Below, piece after piece: positions 10,091 through 19,757 of a DNA stretch of 53,802 nucleotides. Source of the DNA: a virus (Duplodnaviria > Caudoviricetes); the IMG/VR virus record IMGVR_UViG_3300030107_003607, positions 1 through 53,802 of that record. One strand, written 5' to 3'. Position 1 is the first letter of the stretch. Every line of letters begins with the position of its first letter. The position numbers and the translations under genes are program-made. A model generated the notes under the pieces. It was not told where the DNA came from. It ran no database searches and was given only the letters and a program-made list of their open reading frames with translations.

Positions 10091-11434
10091 ATGAAACCAT
10101 TAATGTTAATTACAGGACCTGTTAATACTAGAAGTGGATATGGTTCGCATAGTAGAGATTTGGTTAGAAGTCTAATAGCTATGGATAAGTTTGATATAAA
10201 AATAGCTTCAATGAGATGGGGTAATTGCCCAATGAATGTATTAGATGATAAGAATCCAAATGATAAGATAATATTGGATAGAATACTTAATGCAAATGAG
10301 ATGGCAAGACAACCTGATATACATATCCACATATCAGTTCCAAATGAATTTGCACCTTTGGCAAAATACAATATTGGAATAACCGCTGGTATAGAAAATA
10401 CAGCACCAAAAGCTGAGTGGATTAAAGGTATGAATATGATGGATTTAAATATTGTTCCATCTAAGTTTACAAAAGAAGTATTTAAAAAAACCATATATGA
10501 ACAGATGGATGAAAAAACAGGTCAAAAGACTGGTGAACTAAAACTTACTAAACCTATTGAGGTTTTGTTTGAGGGTATTGATACAGATATTTATAAAAAA
10601 ACAAATGAAATATCGGATGAATTAAATGATGAGATGAAGAAAATTCCTGAGAAATTTGTATTTCTTTATACTGGTCATTGGTTACAGGGTGGTTTAGGAG
10701 AAGATAGAAAAGACACTGGTATGTTGGTAAAGACTTTTTTAGAGTCATTTAAAAATCACAAAAGACCACCAGCACTTTTAATGAAAACGAGTGGTGCTAC
10801 TTTTTCTATTATTGATAGAGATGATATAAAAGGAAAAATAGAAGAGATTAAAAAGACAGTAAAAGGTAGACTTCCAAATGTTTATTTTTTACACGGAGAC
10901 TTAACTGATAAAGAAATGAATGAAATGTATAATCACCCAAAGGTAAAAGCGCATGTTACTTTTACTCACGGTGAGGGATTCGGTAGACCTTTGTTAGAAG
11001 CCAGCGTATCAGAGAAGCCTGTTATTGCTCCTAATTGGAGTGGACAGGTAGACTTCTTAAATAAACAAAATGCTGTATTATTGCCAGGCTCTATGACAAA
11101 AGTTCCACCATCAGCATTTCCAAAAGATATGTTGGTAGAACAGGCGCAATGGTTTACAATAAACTATCAGTACGCTTCTCAAATGTTAAAGACTATATTC
11201 AAACAAAAAAAGAATTACACCTTTAAAGCTAAGAAGCTTGCTATGTTCAATAGAGGAAATTTCTCTCTGAAAAAGATGGATAAGAAGTTTGAAAATATAT
11301 TAGATGATTATCTACCTAAGTTTGTAGAACAAGCACAGCCAGTTAATTTAAAATTACCTAAATTAAAAAAGGTGGGTGAAGAAAAACCTGCTGAACCAAC
11401 TAAAATGAAACTACCGAAATTGAAAAAGGTTTAA
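10091..11434 (+). CDS. GT-B (GT4-like) glycosyltransferase
   Basis: SGYGSH, GEGFGRPLLEA, PVIAPNWSG. Confidence 0.85.
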   Translation: MKPLMLITGPVNTRSGYGSHSRDLVRSLIAMDKFDIKIASMRWGNCPMNVLDDKNPNDKIILDRILNANEMARQPDIHIHISVPNEFAPLAKYNIGITAGIENTAPKAEWIKGMNMMDLNIVPSKFTKEVFKKTIYEQMDEKTGQKTGELKLTKPIEVLFEGIDTDIYKKTNEISDELNDEMKKIPEKFVFLYTGHWLQGGLGEDRKDTGMLVKTFLESFKNHKRPPALLMKTSGATFSIIDRDDIKGKIEEIKKTVKGRLPNVYFLHGDLTDKEMNEMYNHPKVKAHVTFTHGEGFGRPLLEASVSEKPVIAPNWSGQVDFLNKQNAVLLPGSMTKVPPSAFPKDMLVEQAQWFTINYQYASQMLKTIFKQKKNYTFKAKKLAMFNRGNFSLKKMDKKFENILDDYLPKFVEQAQPVNLKLPKLKKVGEEKPAEPTKMKLPKLKKV

Positions 11435-11435
11435 T

Positions 11436-11903
11436 ATGTCAGAACACGTAGAAGTAAAAACAGATTGTCCTTTATGTGCAGAGATGCACAGTAATTGTTT
11501 CGTAGAATCAACAGAGATAGAGGGTAAACCATTTGATTCTTACATATGTTTTCAATGTGGTATGACATCAAATTCTTATTTGGCATTCGATAGTGAAAAG
11601 TTAGAAGAGTATACGAAAAGCCATACTAAACTGATGAATGATTTAAAGATTTTTGATAAAAAAAGAGGTATAGTTTGGTTTCCATCTGTAATTAATATGG
11701 GAGAAAAGGGAGTAATTTATCCAGAGGGTGATGTCAGTAATTGGCATTGGTACTACGCTTCAGTTGTAGAAATACCTGAAGAAGAAAGACATAAATACGA
11801 TGGTCACGAAAAAAGATTGGATGTTGAGAATCCACAAAAGTTTGGACAATTTGAATTTATGGAAGCCTGTAAAGCTATGGGAATAATAAAAGACAATGGC
11901 TAA
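11436..11903 (+). CDS. Zinc-ribbon hypothetical protein
   Basis: CPLC...CFQCG. Confidence 0.6.
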   Translation: MSEHVEVKTDCPLCAEMHSNCFVESTEIEGKPFDSYICFQCGMTSNSYLAFDSEKLEEYTKSHTKLMNDLKIFDKKRGIVWFPSVINMGEKGVIYPEGDVSNWHWYYASVVEIPEEERHKYDGHEKRLDVENPQKFGQFEFMEACKAMGIIKDNG

Positions 11904-12309
11904 ACTACCATATAATTGGGCAAAAGTTAGTGCTGGTGATATTATATCATTTGTTTATGAAACAAAAGAGGGTAGGAGACTTCGTAGAACTATACTTGTT
12001 TTAGAACCTAATAGAAAAAAGTTATTACACGGAATTCAGTTAGAAGTATCTAATGTTCCCACTAATAGAGAAATCAAAAAGCTATTAGAGAAAGCTGGAG
12101 AAACTCAGATAGTTGATGAAAATAAAAAGATATACAAAGTTTTATTGGATGGAACTTCAAAAGCAGTTTATAGTAGATTAAAAAGACTAATTAAAAGACA
12201 CGATATTTACAGAACTTATACCTTAGAAAAAGCTAAAAAGAGTCAAGTATTTTTAGAGGATTTAAGACTACCAACACAATTTGTAGAAGAGTTGAAGAAT
12301 GAAAATTAG
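11896..12309 (+). CDS. Hypothetical protein
   Basis: 137-aa basic ORF within the operon. Confidence 0.6.
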   Translation: MAKLPYNWAKVSAGDIISFVYETKEGRRLRRTILVLEPNRKKLLHGIQLEVSNVPTNREIKKLLEKAGETQIVDENKKIYKVLLDGTSKAVYSRLKRLIKRHDIYRTYTLEKAKKSQVFLEDLRLPTQFVEELKNEN

Positions 12310-12970
12310 TTATGGGATTACAGTACACAATGAGGCTGATGAATTAAATAAGTTATTAGAGGTATTAGTACATAAGACAAATTCTGAAGATGAAATAATA
12401 GTTTGTATCGATGATACAAATGGTGAAGATGACGCAGTAAGATTCGTATTAGATAGTTGGACTCAACAATATGCTCATAGTAAAATGATGAAAGTATATC
12501 AGAGGAAACTTAATAAAGACTTTTCTGCTCAAAAAAATTCAGTTATAGAAAACGCAGTAGGTGATTACATATTTCACATTGATGCTGATGAATATCCACA
12601 CAATTTTTTAGTTTTACAATTACATAGAATATTGGAGATGAATGAGGGTGTTGATTTAATTTGGGTGCCAAGAGTAAATACCATTGATGATATGGAACAA
12701 AAACATATAGATAGATGGGGATGGAAAGTCTCTGAGAATGGTTGGGTAAATTATCCTGATTATCAAGCGCGTGTATTTCGTAATGATAAAAACATAAGAT
12801 GGACAAGACCACTTCACGAATATATCACTGGTTGTAAAACTTACGCACATTTGCCACCACAAGAGGAGTTGAGCTTATATCATCCAAAAACTATAGATAA
12901 ACAAGAAAAACAAAATATCTTTTATAATCAAAACTTTAGTGCAGAGATGAATGTAAGGAGAGGAACTTGA
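12299..12970 (+). CDS. GT2-family glycosyltransferase
   Basis: ISYGITVHNE, FSAQKN, IDADE, PDYQAR, LHE. Confidence 0.85.
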   Translation: MKISYGITVHNEADELNKLLEVLVHKTNSEDEIIVCIDDTNGEDDAVRFVLDSWTQQYAHSKMMKVYQRKLNKDFSAQKNSVIENAVGDYIFHIDADEYPHNFLVLQLHRILEMNEGVDLIWVPRVNTIDDMEQKHIDRWGWKVSENGWVNYPDYQARVFRNDKNIRWTRPLHEYITGCKTYAHLPPQEELSLYHPKTIDKQEKQNIFYNQNFSAEMNVRRGT

Positions 12971-14409
12971 TTTTCTTTAGAATTGTGGGTGACAAATTAT
13001 ATCACTCTGGCGAAGTTGAGAACTTAGGTTTTGAAGAATCTGAGGGAATTAGGATTCCTGATGAATATCTTGAAAAAGGTGAATTTACAATTATGAGAAC
13101 TTGTCACGGAATTGGTGATTGGGCAATCATATCAGCGATGCCCAAATTATTAAAAAAGAAGTATCCAAATTGTAAAGTATATGTTCCATCAGTAAAATTA
13201 TTAGAAAAAATCTGTGGAGATATTGGTGACCAATGGGGAACTTGGAAAGACCCTTTTGAAAATGCAATCAATGTATTCAAACATAATCCATATGTGGATG
13301 ATTTTGTAGATAGTGTAGGTGATGAGATATTTCACGACCACTATAGAGTTTATGATAAAAACTGTGCCGATATTCCATTGGTAGAACAAATGTTAAAGTT
13401 TTGGCAGTTTGAAAAAGATGAATTGTCAGACTCTAAGCCAGAGATATATTTTAGTGAAGAAGAAATGGAGATGGGTGATAAAATTATCAATGAATATACT
13501 GATGGGAAAGACTTCGGTTGTTTACTTATATCAGATAGATATGATTACTCTATGGATAGATTGATAGAGGGTGTTATAGACCCAACCATAAAACATTTCT
13601 ATTGGACAGAAAGACCAATTGAACAAACTTCATTTAATTTTATTGATAAGGCTTTGGATATGAGACATATGCCAGTTAGAATGCAACTCTATATCAAATC
13701 TAAAGCTAGATACAATGTCGGCAATCAATGTGGTACATCACAATTGTTAGTCAGATATTCAGATGTATTTTCTGTACAGAGACAATTTCCTTTGGCTGGT
13801 AATTTTGTCAGAGGTGAAATTTATTTAACAGATAGTAAAGTTAGGTCAATATTAAATGGGTTGCCCGATAAATCTGAATCTAAAACTACAACTAGTAAGA
13901 AATTCAAAGCCGATTTTATTAACTATTTTAGTGATGACAAATATAAATCTATGTCAATTTTAGAAGTTGGTTCTTCATTAGGACATAGTACAAAAATGTT
14001 GAGCCATTTGTTTAGAGAAGTTACAGCATTAGACAATCTATATGAAAGACACGAACAATCAAAGCAATTAAATTCTGATAGACATAACATACATTATGTT
14101 GTGATGGATGTGTACACACAATCTTGGGAACAATTTGGTAAGATGGATGCTGTATTTATAGATTGTGTTCACGACTATGCTCACATAAAAAGTGATATAG
14201 AAAATGCTCTAAAATTTGGAAAGGGAACTATAATTGCTTTTGATGATTATGGTTTGTTTCCTGATTTAAAACAATGTATAGATGAGTATGTTAATATGGG
14301 TAAGTTAAAAGTTTTGAAAAAGATAGGACAGTTAAAAGGAACTTTCTATCCCACAACACAAAACAAAGTGTTAAAAGATTATGAGGGTATAATATGTCAG
14401 AGCGTATAA
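12967..14409 (+). CDS. GT9-like domain fused to class I SAM methyltransferase
   Basis: N-terminal HGIGD..IS..PKLLKKKYP..K, NPYVD; C-terminal LEVGSSLGHST, FIDCVHDY, AFDDY. Confidence 0.7.
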   Translation: MIFFRIVGDKLYHSGEVENLGFEESEGIRIPDEYLEKGEFTIMRTCHGIGDWAIISAMPKLLKKKYPNCKVYVPSVKLLEKICGDIGDQWGTWKDPFENAINVFKHNPYVDDFVDSVGDEIFHDHYRVYDKNCADIPLVEQMLKFWQFEKDELSDSKPEIYFSEEEMEMGDKIINEYTDGKDFGCLLISDRYDYSMDRLIEGVIDPTIKHFYWTERPIEQTSFNFIDKALDMRHMPVRMQLYIKSKARYNVGNQCGTSQLLVRYSDVFSVQRQFPLAGNFVRGEIYLTDSKVRSILNGLPDKSESKTTTSKKFKADFINYFSDDKYKSMSILEVGSSLGHSTKMLSHLFREVTALDNLYERHEQSKQLNSDRHNIHYVVMDVYTQSWEQFGKMDAVFIDCVHDYAHIKSDIENALKFGKGTIIAFDDYGLFPDLKQCIDEYVNMGKLKVLKKIGQLKGTFYPTTQNKVLKDYEGIICQSV

Positions 14410-15080
14410 TTTACACTTCTGTATTCGGTGGATATGACAATGTTGTAGAGCAGAGTTCTGATGGTTGGGATTGGAAATGTTTTAGTGAAGAAACACATAT
14501 TCCAATATACGAAGATAATAATAGGAACGCTAAGAAGTTCAAAGTCTTACCACATAGATATTTAAAAGATTACGAATACAGTGTGTTTATAGATGGGAAT
14601 ATGAGTGTCGTAGGAAACTTAGATGAGTTGGTGGATAAATATTTGAAGGATTCTAATGTCGCTTTCTTTAGTCACAATAACAATTATTTAGATGCTAGAA
14701 ATTGTCCTTATCAAGAAGCTCAAACCATACTTGATTTGGGAGCTAAGAATATGAAACTTACACCTGAAAGAGGTATGTTGAATTACAAAGACGATCCTTA
14801 TCTGATTCAAAAACAGATGACTAAATATTCTATGGTGGGGTTTCCAAAAGACAATGGATTAATTACTGGTATGGTTATTTTAAGGAGACACAACGAAAAA
14901 GATTGTATAGAAACAATGGAAGATTGGTGGACAGAAATTAAATATGGTAGTAAGAGAGACCAGTTAAGTTTTAATTATTGTGCTTGGAAGAACAATCTGA
15001 AATTTAATTATATGGATGGAGATTCCAGAGACAATGAATATTTTAATAGAAGTACTGGAGCACACATAGGAAAGAAATGA
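14394..15080 (+). CDS. DUF616/TOD1-MUCI70-like glycosyltransferase
   Basis: IYTSVFGGYD, K.LPHRY, IDGN, RDQLSFNY. Confidence 0.8.
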   Translation: MSERIIYTSVFGGYDNVVEQSSDGWDWKCFSEETHIPIYEDNNRNAKKFKVLPHRYLKDYEYSVFIDGNMSVVGNLDELVDKYLKDSNVAFFSHNNNYLDARNCPYQEAQTILDLGAKNMKLTPERGMLNYKDDPYLIQKQMTKYSMVGFPKDNGLITGMVILRRHNEKDCIETMEDWWTEIKYGSKRDQLSFNYCAWKNNLKFNYMDGDSRDNEYFNRSTGAHIGKK

Positions 15081-15883
15081 AGAATATAATTTTTATACCC
15101 TACATAAAAAGAGAAAAAGATTTGACTGGCAAATCAAGCATTGGACATTCAAACAGACATCAAGGTTATGAGTATGGTATAAACTCTTGGAAAGCGTGGG
15201 CTAAAAAAAATGGTCACGAAGTCTATATTATGTCAGACTTATTATGTGATGAATCTGAAATGTTAATAACTTGGCAAAGATGGCAAGTCTTAAATATATT
15301 AGAACATAATGAAATAGACTACGACCAAGTATTAGTTGTCGATGCTGATTCAATAGTTCATCCTGATTGTCCTAATTTCTTTGAGATGACGGATGGTAAA
15401 TTCACAAGCACATTAACTGATGGTGACTTTGAATGGATTAACAGAGCTATAAATGGTTACTCTAAAATGTTTTGGAACAAAGAGTTTTGTATACCATCTT
15501 TTGAGTTCTTTCAAACTGGCTTTGTTATTATTAATTCAGAGCATCAAAAGTTCTTCGATAAAGTATTTGATTTTTATGAAGAAAACAAACAAAAAATTAT
15601 CGATTCGTATGATATATTACTAACTGGTAGTGATATAACACTAATGAATTGTATGAGAAAAGAGTTTGGTTTAGAGATGAAACTTTTACCGAGACAATTT
15701 GGTATGATGGATATGGTTAGGAAACAATTATTTCATTGGCATCCAGATTGTTTTTGGGAAGATAGTTTAACAAACCTTTACAATTCAGGTTGGGTTTATC
15801 AGTTCAATGCTATACCACCAAGTGAAATTGGAAGAGATAGAACTTATTGGATGAAACGTGTATATGAGGAGTTATATAAATGA
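15077..15883 (+). CDS. GT-A fold glycosyltransferase (GT8/GT34-like)
   Basis: SWKAWAKKNG, VDADS DxD motif, FQTGFVI. Confidence 0.65.
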   Translation: MKNIIFIPYIKREKDLTGKSSIGHSNRHQGYEYGINSWKAWAKKNGHEVYIMSDLLCDESEMLITWQRWQVLNILEHNEIDYDQVLVVDADSIVHPDCPNFFEMTDGKFTSTLTDGDFEWINRAINGYSKMFWNKEFCIPSFEFFQTGFVIINSEHQKFFDKVFDFYEENKQKIIDSYDILLTGSDITLMNCMRKEFGLEMKLLPRQFGMMDMVRKQLFHWHPDCFWEDSLTNLYNSGWVYQFNAIPPSEIGRDRTYWMKRVYEELYK

Positions 15884-16683
15884 GAGTACTTTTAACTGGT
15901 TCAGAGGGATTTGTTGGTAAGAGTGTATATAAAAAACTAAAAACAATAGAAGATGTCAGTAGCATAACTTGTATTGAAAAAGATTATATGAATCACATTG
16001 GTTGGGAAACCACTTTATCTAAGGCTGTGGAACAATCAGATGTTATATTACATATCGGTGCTATTTCTGATACTATGTTGAAAGACCCAAATGAAATGTT
16101 AAAATACAATTATGTTTTTAGTAAAGAGTTGTTTGATTTGGCATTTATATATGAGAAAACAGTTGTCTATTCATCATCTGCTGCTAATACTGGCGACAAA
16201 GGATTACCATCAAATATTTATGGGTGGTCTAAATACATAGCTGAAGAGTATGGAATTGCTGCACTTGATGACTTCTACGCTCTTAGATATTTCAACGTGT
16301 ATGGACCTGGAGAAGAACATAAAGGTAAGATGGCTTCCGTAGCACACCAAGCCCATTCAGTTGGTAGGTTTATGTTATTTCCCAAAAAACCTCTGAGAGA
16401 TTTTGTTTATATAGATGATGTTGTTGATGCCACTTTGTATCCTTTGTTTAATGATATTCCTTGCGGTGTATATGAAGTTGGTAGTGGTGAAGCTCGATCG
16501 TTTGAGGATGTATTAGAACTAATGGAAATACCATATGAATATAAAGGTGAGTATGAAATACCAAAAGGCTATCAGTTCTATACAAAATCAGATGAGAAGA
16601 AATTTATGGATGGGTGGAAACCAAAATACAATTTGGAAAAGGGGATAAAAAAATACAAAGAATATCTCAATGAAAGCATGTAG
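15880..16683 (+). CDS. hldD: ADP-L-glycero-D-manno-heptose 6-epimerase-like SDR
   Basis: TGSEGFVG, HIGAISDT, YGWSK, LRYFNVYGPGEEHKGKMASV. Confidence 0.75.
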   Translation: MRVLLTGSEGFVGKSVYKKLKTIEDVSSITCIEKDYMNHIGWETTLSKAVEQSDVILHIGAISDTMLKDPNEMLKYNYVFSKELFDLAFIYEKTVVYSSSAANTGDKGLPSNIYGWSKYIAEEYGIAALDDFYALRYFNVYGPGEEHKGKMASVAHQAHSVGRFMLFPKKPLRDFVYIDDVVDATLYPLFNDIPCGVYEVGSGEARSFEDVLELMEIPYEYKGEYEIPKGYQFYTKSDEKKFMDGWKPKYNLEKGIKKYKEYLNESM

Positions 16684-17812
16684 ACATTTCAAAGGAGACA
16701 GACCTTGCAAATATTATTGGATAGATAGGTCTTGGGATTGTTTTGAATGTGAACACCATAATCCATATAACGAAAGAATACTATTAATAAAATTAGATGC
16801 TTTAGGTGATGTGGTTAGAGCAACTGCTCTAGCAGAGGGAATTAAAAAGAAGTATCCTAATTGCCAGTTAAGTTGGATTACTGTAAAAGATGCTATGTTT
16901 TTTGTAGAATCAAATCCATTTGTAGATAGAGTTTTAGAATACAATACTGAAATAGTAAGACAATTACAATTTGAAAAATTTGATACAATTATAAATTTAG
17001 ATAAAGACCCAAAAGCCACATCAATGATGATGTCTTTTAATTCGGAAGATAAGAGAGGTTATGGTTTAAGTTCTGAGGGGCACGCCACACCTTTGAACGA
17101 TGGGGCTAAATATCACTACAATATTTGTTTGGATAATTGGGGTGGAAAAACTAAAAATACAAAGAGCTATCAAGAGTTGATATTTGAAATGGCTGAGTTA
17201 GATTATGATATGGAGAAACCATTTTTTGAATTAGATTCTGTTAAGTTCAAAAACTTTGAATCAAAATTTCTATATGACGATGATAATGAACAGCCTTTGT
17301 ATGTAAAAGATTTAGTAATACTAAACACTGGTTGTGGACCTGTCTACCCACATAAGAAATGGACTTATGATGGATACAATGAACTTATAAAACTTTTATC
17401 AAAAAATAGTGAGTGTGTTGTTTTACTGTGTGGTTCAAAATCTGAAGTTGAGTTAAATAAAAAATTGTATGAGGAAAATAAATCAGACAGTTTAATAAAC
17501 CTAACAGATAATTATACATTAGAAGAGTTTAGTTATTTAATTAAAATGGCAAGTGTTATTGTCACAGGAGATACAGTTGCTTTACATATGGCTATTTCAT
17601 TAGGAACAAAGATAGTTAGTTTTTTTGGTCCGACACCACATCAAGAAGTAAACCTTTTTGGTTTAGGAATTAAGTTGGTTAGAGAGGAGTTGGATTGTTT
17701 AAATTGTTACGACCAATTTCCGTGTCCTTATGATGGTAAATGTATGAGTTTAATATCAGCTAAAGATGTACATAAATCTATAAGAAGAGTTTTATTAGGA
17801 GGAACGTATTGA
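16670..17812 (+). CDS. GT9 ADP-heptose heptosyltransferase-like
   Basis: IKLDALGDVV, KKW, VTGDTVALHMA, FGPT, Cys-rich tail. Confidence 0.85.
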   Translation: MKACRHFKGDRPCKYYWIDRSWDCFECEHHNPYNERILLIKLDALGDVVRATALAEGIKKKYPNCQLSWITVKDAMFFVESNPFVDRVLEYNTEIVRQLQFEKFDTIINLDKDPKATSMMMSFNSEDKRGYGLSSEGHATPLNDGAKYHYNICLDNWGGKTKNTKSYQELIFEMAELDYDMEKPFFELDSVKFKNFESKFLYDDDNEQPLYVKDLVILNTGCGPVYPHKKWTYDGYNELIKLLSKNSECVVLLCGSKSEVELNKKLYEENKSDSLINLTDNYTLEEFSYLIKMASVIVTGDTVALHMAISLGTKIVSFFGPTPHQEVNLFGLGIKLVREELDCLNCYDQFPCPYDGKCMSLISAKDVHKSIRRVLLGGTY

Positions 17813-18570
17813 GTTTAGATATAATTTTTGCAGAATTTGGCAGTAGAGACAAAGCAAATCAGAAGTGGTCAAATCCTATAGGTAGATTAGACCCAACTTA
17901 TCAGAGTGTAAAATCTTTCTTTCCCGAAGCTAATATAATTTGTTATAGTGATGATGAATCTATTGGAGATGGATACGATGTGGAAGTTAGACATATAGAT
18001 TCTGAATCAACACCTTTCGATAAAGATTACAGAGAGGGTAGTGGTAAGTTAAAATGGGGCTACCATTGTTGTGATTACTATCAGATAAAAGGTTTACTTG
18101 AATCTACAGCAGATGTAGCTATAGCGATGGATTCTGATTTGATGTTTGTTTCAGATGAAGTTAAAACTTTAGTGCCAATAATAAAAAAGTTTGGAATTTG
18201 TTGTCCACAAAACGAAAGACAAATGGTTAAAGTCGATGGATTATATACTCGTGGAAATGATGGAGATTATCATATCGGAGAAGATGAAAGTCGTGGCAAT
18301 ATATTGACTTATGATTTGTGGTGGACAGGCTTTCTCACAGAAGATAATAGAGGCAGGGCTTATCTAAGTGAGTTTCTTAGATTGATGAAAGAGAATCCAA
18401 AGAGGGGTCCTTTACAATTAACCAGAGCAGCTTGGAATACAGGAGTATATCCGTATCCAATGCCAAAACAATGGGGAGTTGGTGTTGGGCACGTAGGTTG
18501 TGGAAATGAAATAATATTACACGTTGGTCACGATGCTGTACAAGACCACTATTTAGAACGGAGAATATAA
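17809..18570 (+). CDS. Hypothetical protein, possible GT-A fold
   Basis: AMDSDL DxD motif; island context. Confidence 0.45.
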   Translation: MSLDIIFAEFGSRDKANQKWSNPIGRLDPTYQSVKSFFPEANIICYSDDESIGDGYDVEVRHIDSESTPFDKDYREGSGKLKWGYHCCDYYQIKGLLESTADVAIAMDSDLMFVSDEVKTLVPIIKKFGICCPQNERQMVKVDGLYTRGNDGDYHIGEDESRGNILTYDLWWTGFLTEDNRGRAYLSEFLRLMKENPKRGPLQLTRAAWNTGVYPYPMPKQWGVGVGHVGCGNEIILHVGHDAVQDHYLERRI

Positions 18571-19757
18571 TGAAAATATATTGTATACTAATGGATACAG
18601 TTCCGAGAGATGGAAGAATAGTAAATGCTTTTCGCAGTAAAGGAGTGGAATTTTCAGACCACATAACTTGTAGCTCTACTGTACCAACTCTTATAACTAT
18701 GTTTAGTGGTAAGACACCAACGGAGATGTACGGAATAGGTGGAGTTGGTCACTCACATACATACGATAGATTAGTATCAGATAAAAAAGTGTGGGATGAA
18801 CAGATGTTATTTCATATGATTCCTGATGATTGGGCGATACATATTCATTCAATGCCATTGACTAGAGGAGACCACGGAACAGGTGATGTTTCTAATCCTA
18901 GTTTCAAACTTTTACCTGATGATATATGTGGTAGAACAAATAATATGCGATATTATAATTACGATGATTCGCACGATGAAGATAATTTTATGAAGAAGAT
19001 GCAAAATATACCAAAAGTTAGAGTAGGTCCTGATTTGAAAATAGATGAAAAATTTGATAAAGATACAAATCATCTTATAGTTTTGAAGTGGAATCATTAC
19101 CACGATGCTTCTAGAGGTAAATTTATTAAATATGGTGGAACTGATATTCCATCTACTTCAGATGCTATAATAGATATGTACGCTGATATGATAAAACAAA
19201 TGGATTTTGAAGAACCAGATTCTTTGTTTTGGGTATTTGCAGACCACGGAGAACCACATAATATTAGTGAGATGATGCCACCACCAGATTCTTGGTTGGC
19301 TTGGTGTGGTGTTAAAGATAATATATCTAATCAAAAAGTAACTAAAAAAATAATAGGATGTGATGATTTTAAGAACACAGTTCTAAATAGAGTATACGAT
19401 ACAAGTAAGGAAGATGAAGAATATATCCCTTTACCAAATGATGTTTTGTCAGATTTGGATATGAATAGAATTTATGTTCGTGAAGATGGAAGAAGTGCTG
19501 TTAGCCCTAACTTTGCTTCAACAGTATCTGCTATAAAGGCTTTGGATGAACATCGGTATATACAATATGTAAATCATTCACCAAACGCACATAAAAGACA
19601 ATTTCATAATCAAGAAGAAAGAATTATTATCTATAACAAAACAGAAAATACTATCGATACACCAAATGTACCACAATATCACATTGGTGCAGAATTAAAA
19701 CAACATCTTTTGGATGGGCCTTGGGAATGGTATTTTAGGAAAACAGCTGATGAGTGA
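18570..19757 (+). CDS. Alkaline phosphatase/sulfatase superfamily protein
   Basis: ILMDTVPRD, SSTVPTLITMFSG, HYHD, VFADHGE. Confidence 0.7.
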   Translation: MKIYCILMDTVPRDGRIVNAFRSKGVEFSDHITCSSTVPTLITMFSGKTPTEMYGIGGVGHSHTYDRLVSDKKVWDEQMLFHMIPDDWAIHIHSMPLTRGDHGTGDVSNPSFKLLPDDICGRTNNMRYYNYDDSHDEDNFMKKMQNIPKVRVGPDLKIDEKFDKDTNHLIVLKWNHYHDASRGKFIKYGGTDIPSTSDAIIDMYADMIKQMDFEEPDSLFWVFADHGEPHNISEMMPPPDSWLAWCGVKDNISNQKVTKKIIGCDDFKNTVLNRVYDTSKEDEEYIPLPNDVLSDLDMNRIYVREDGRSAVSPNFASTVSAIKALDEHRYIQYVNHSPNAHKRQFHNQEERIIIYNKTENTIDTPNVPQYHIGAELKQHLLDGPWEWYFRKTADE

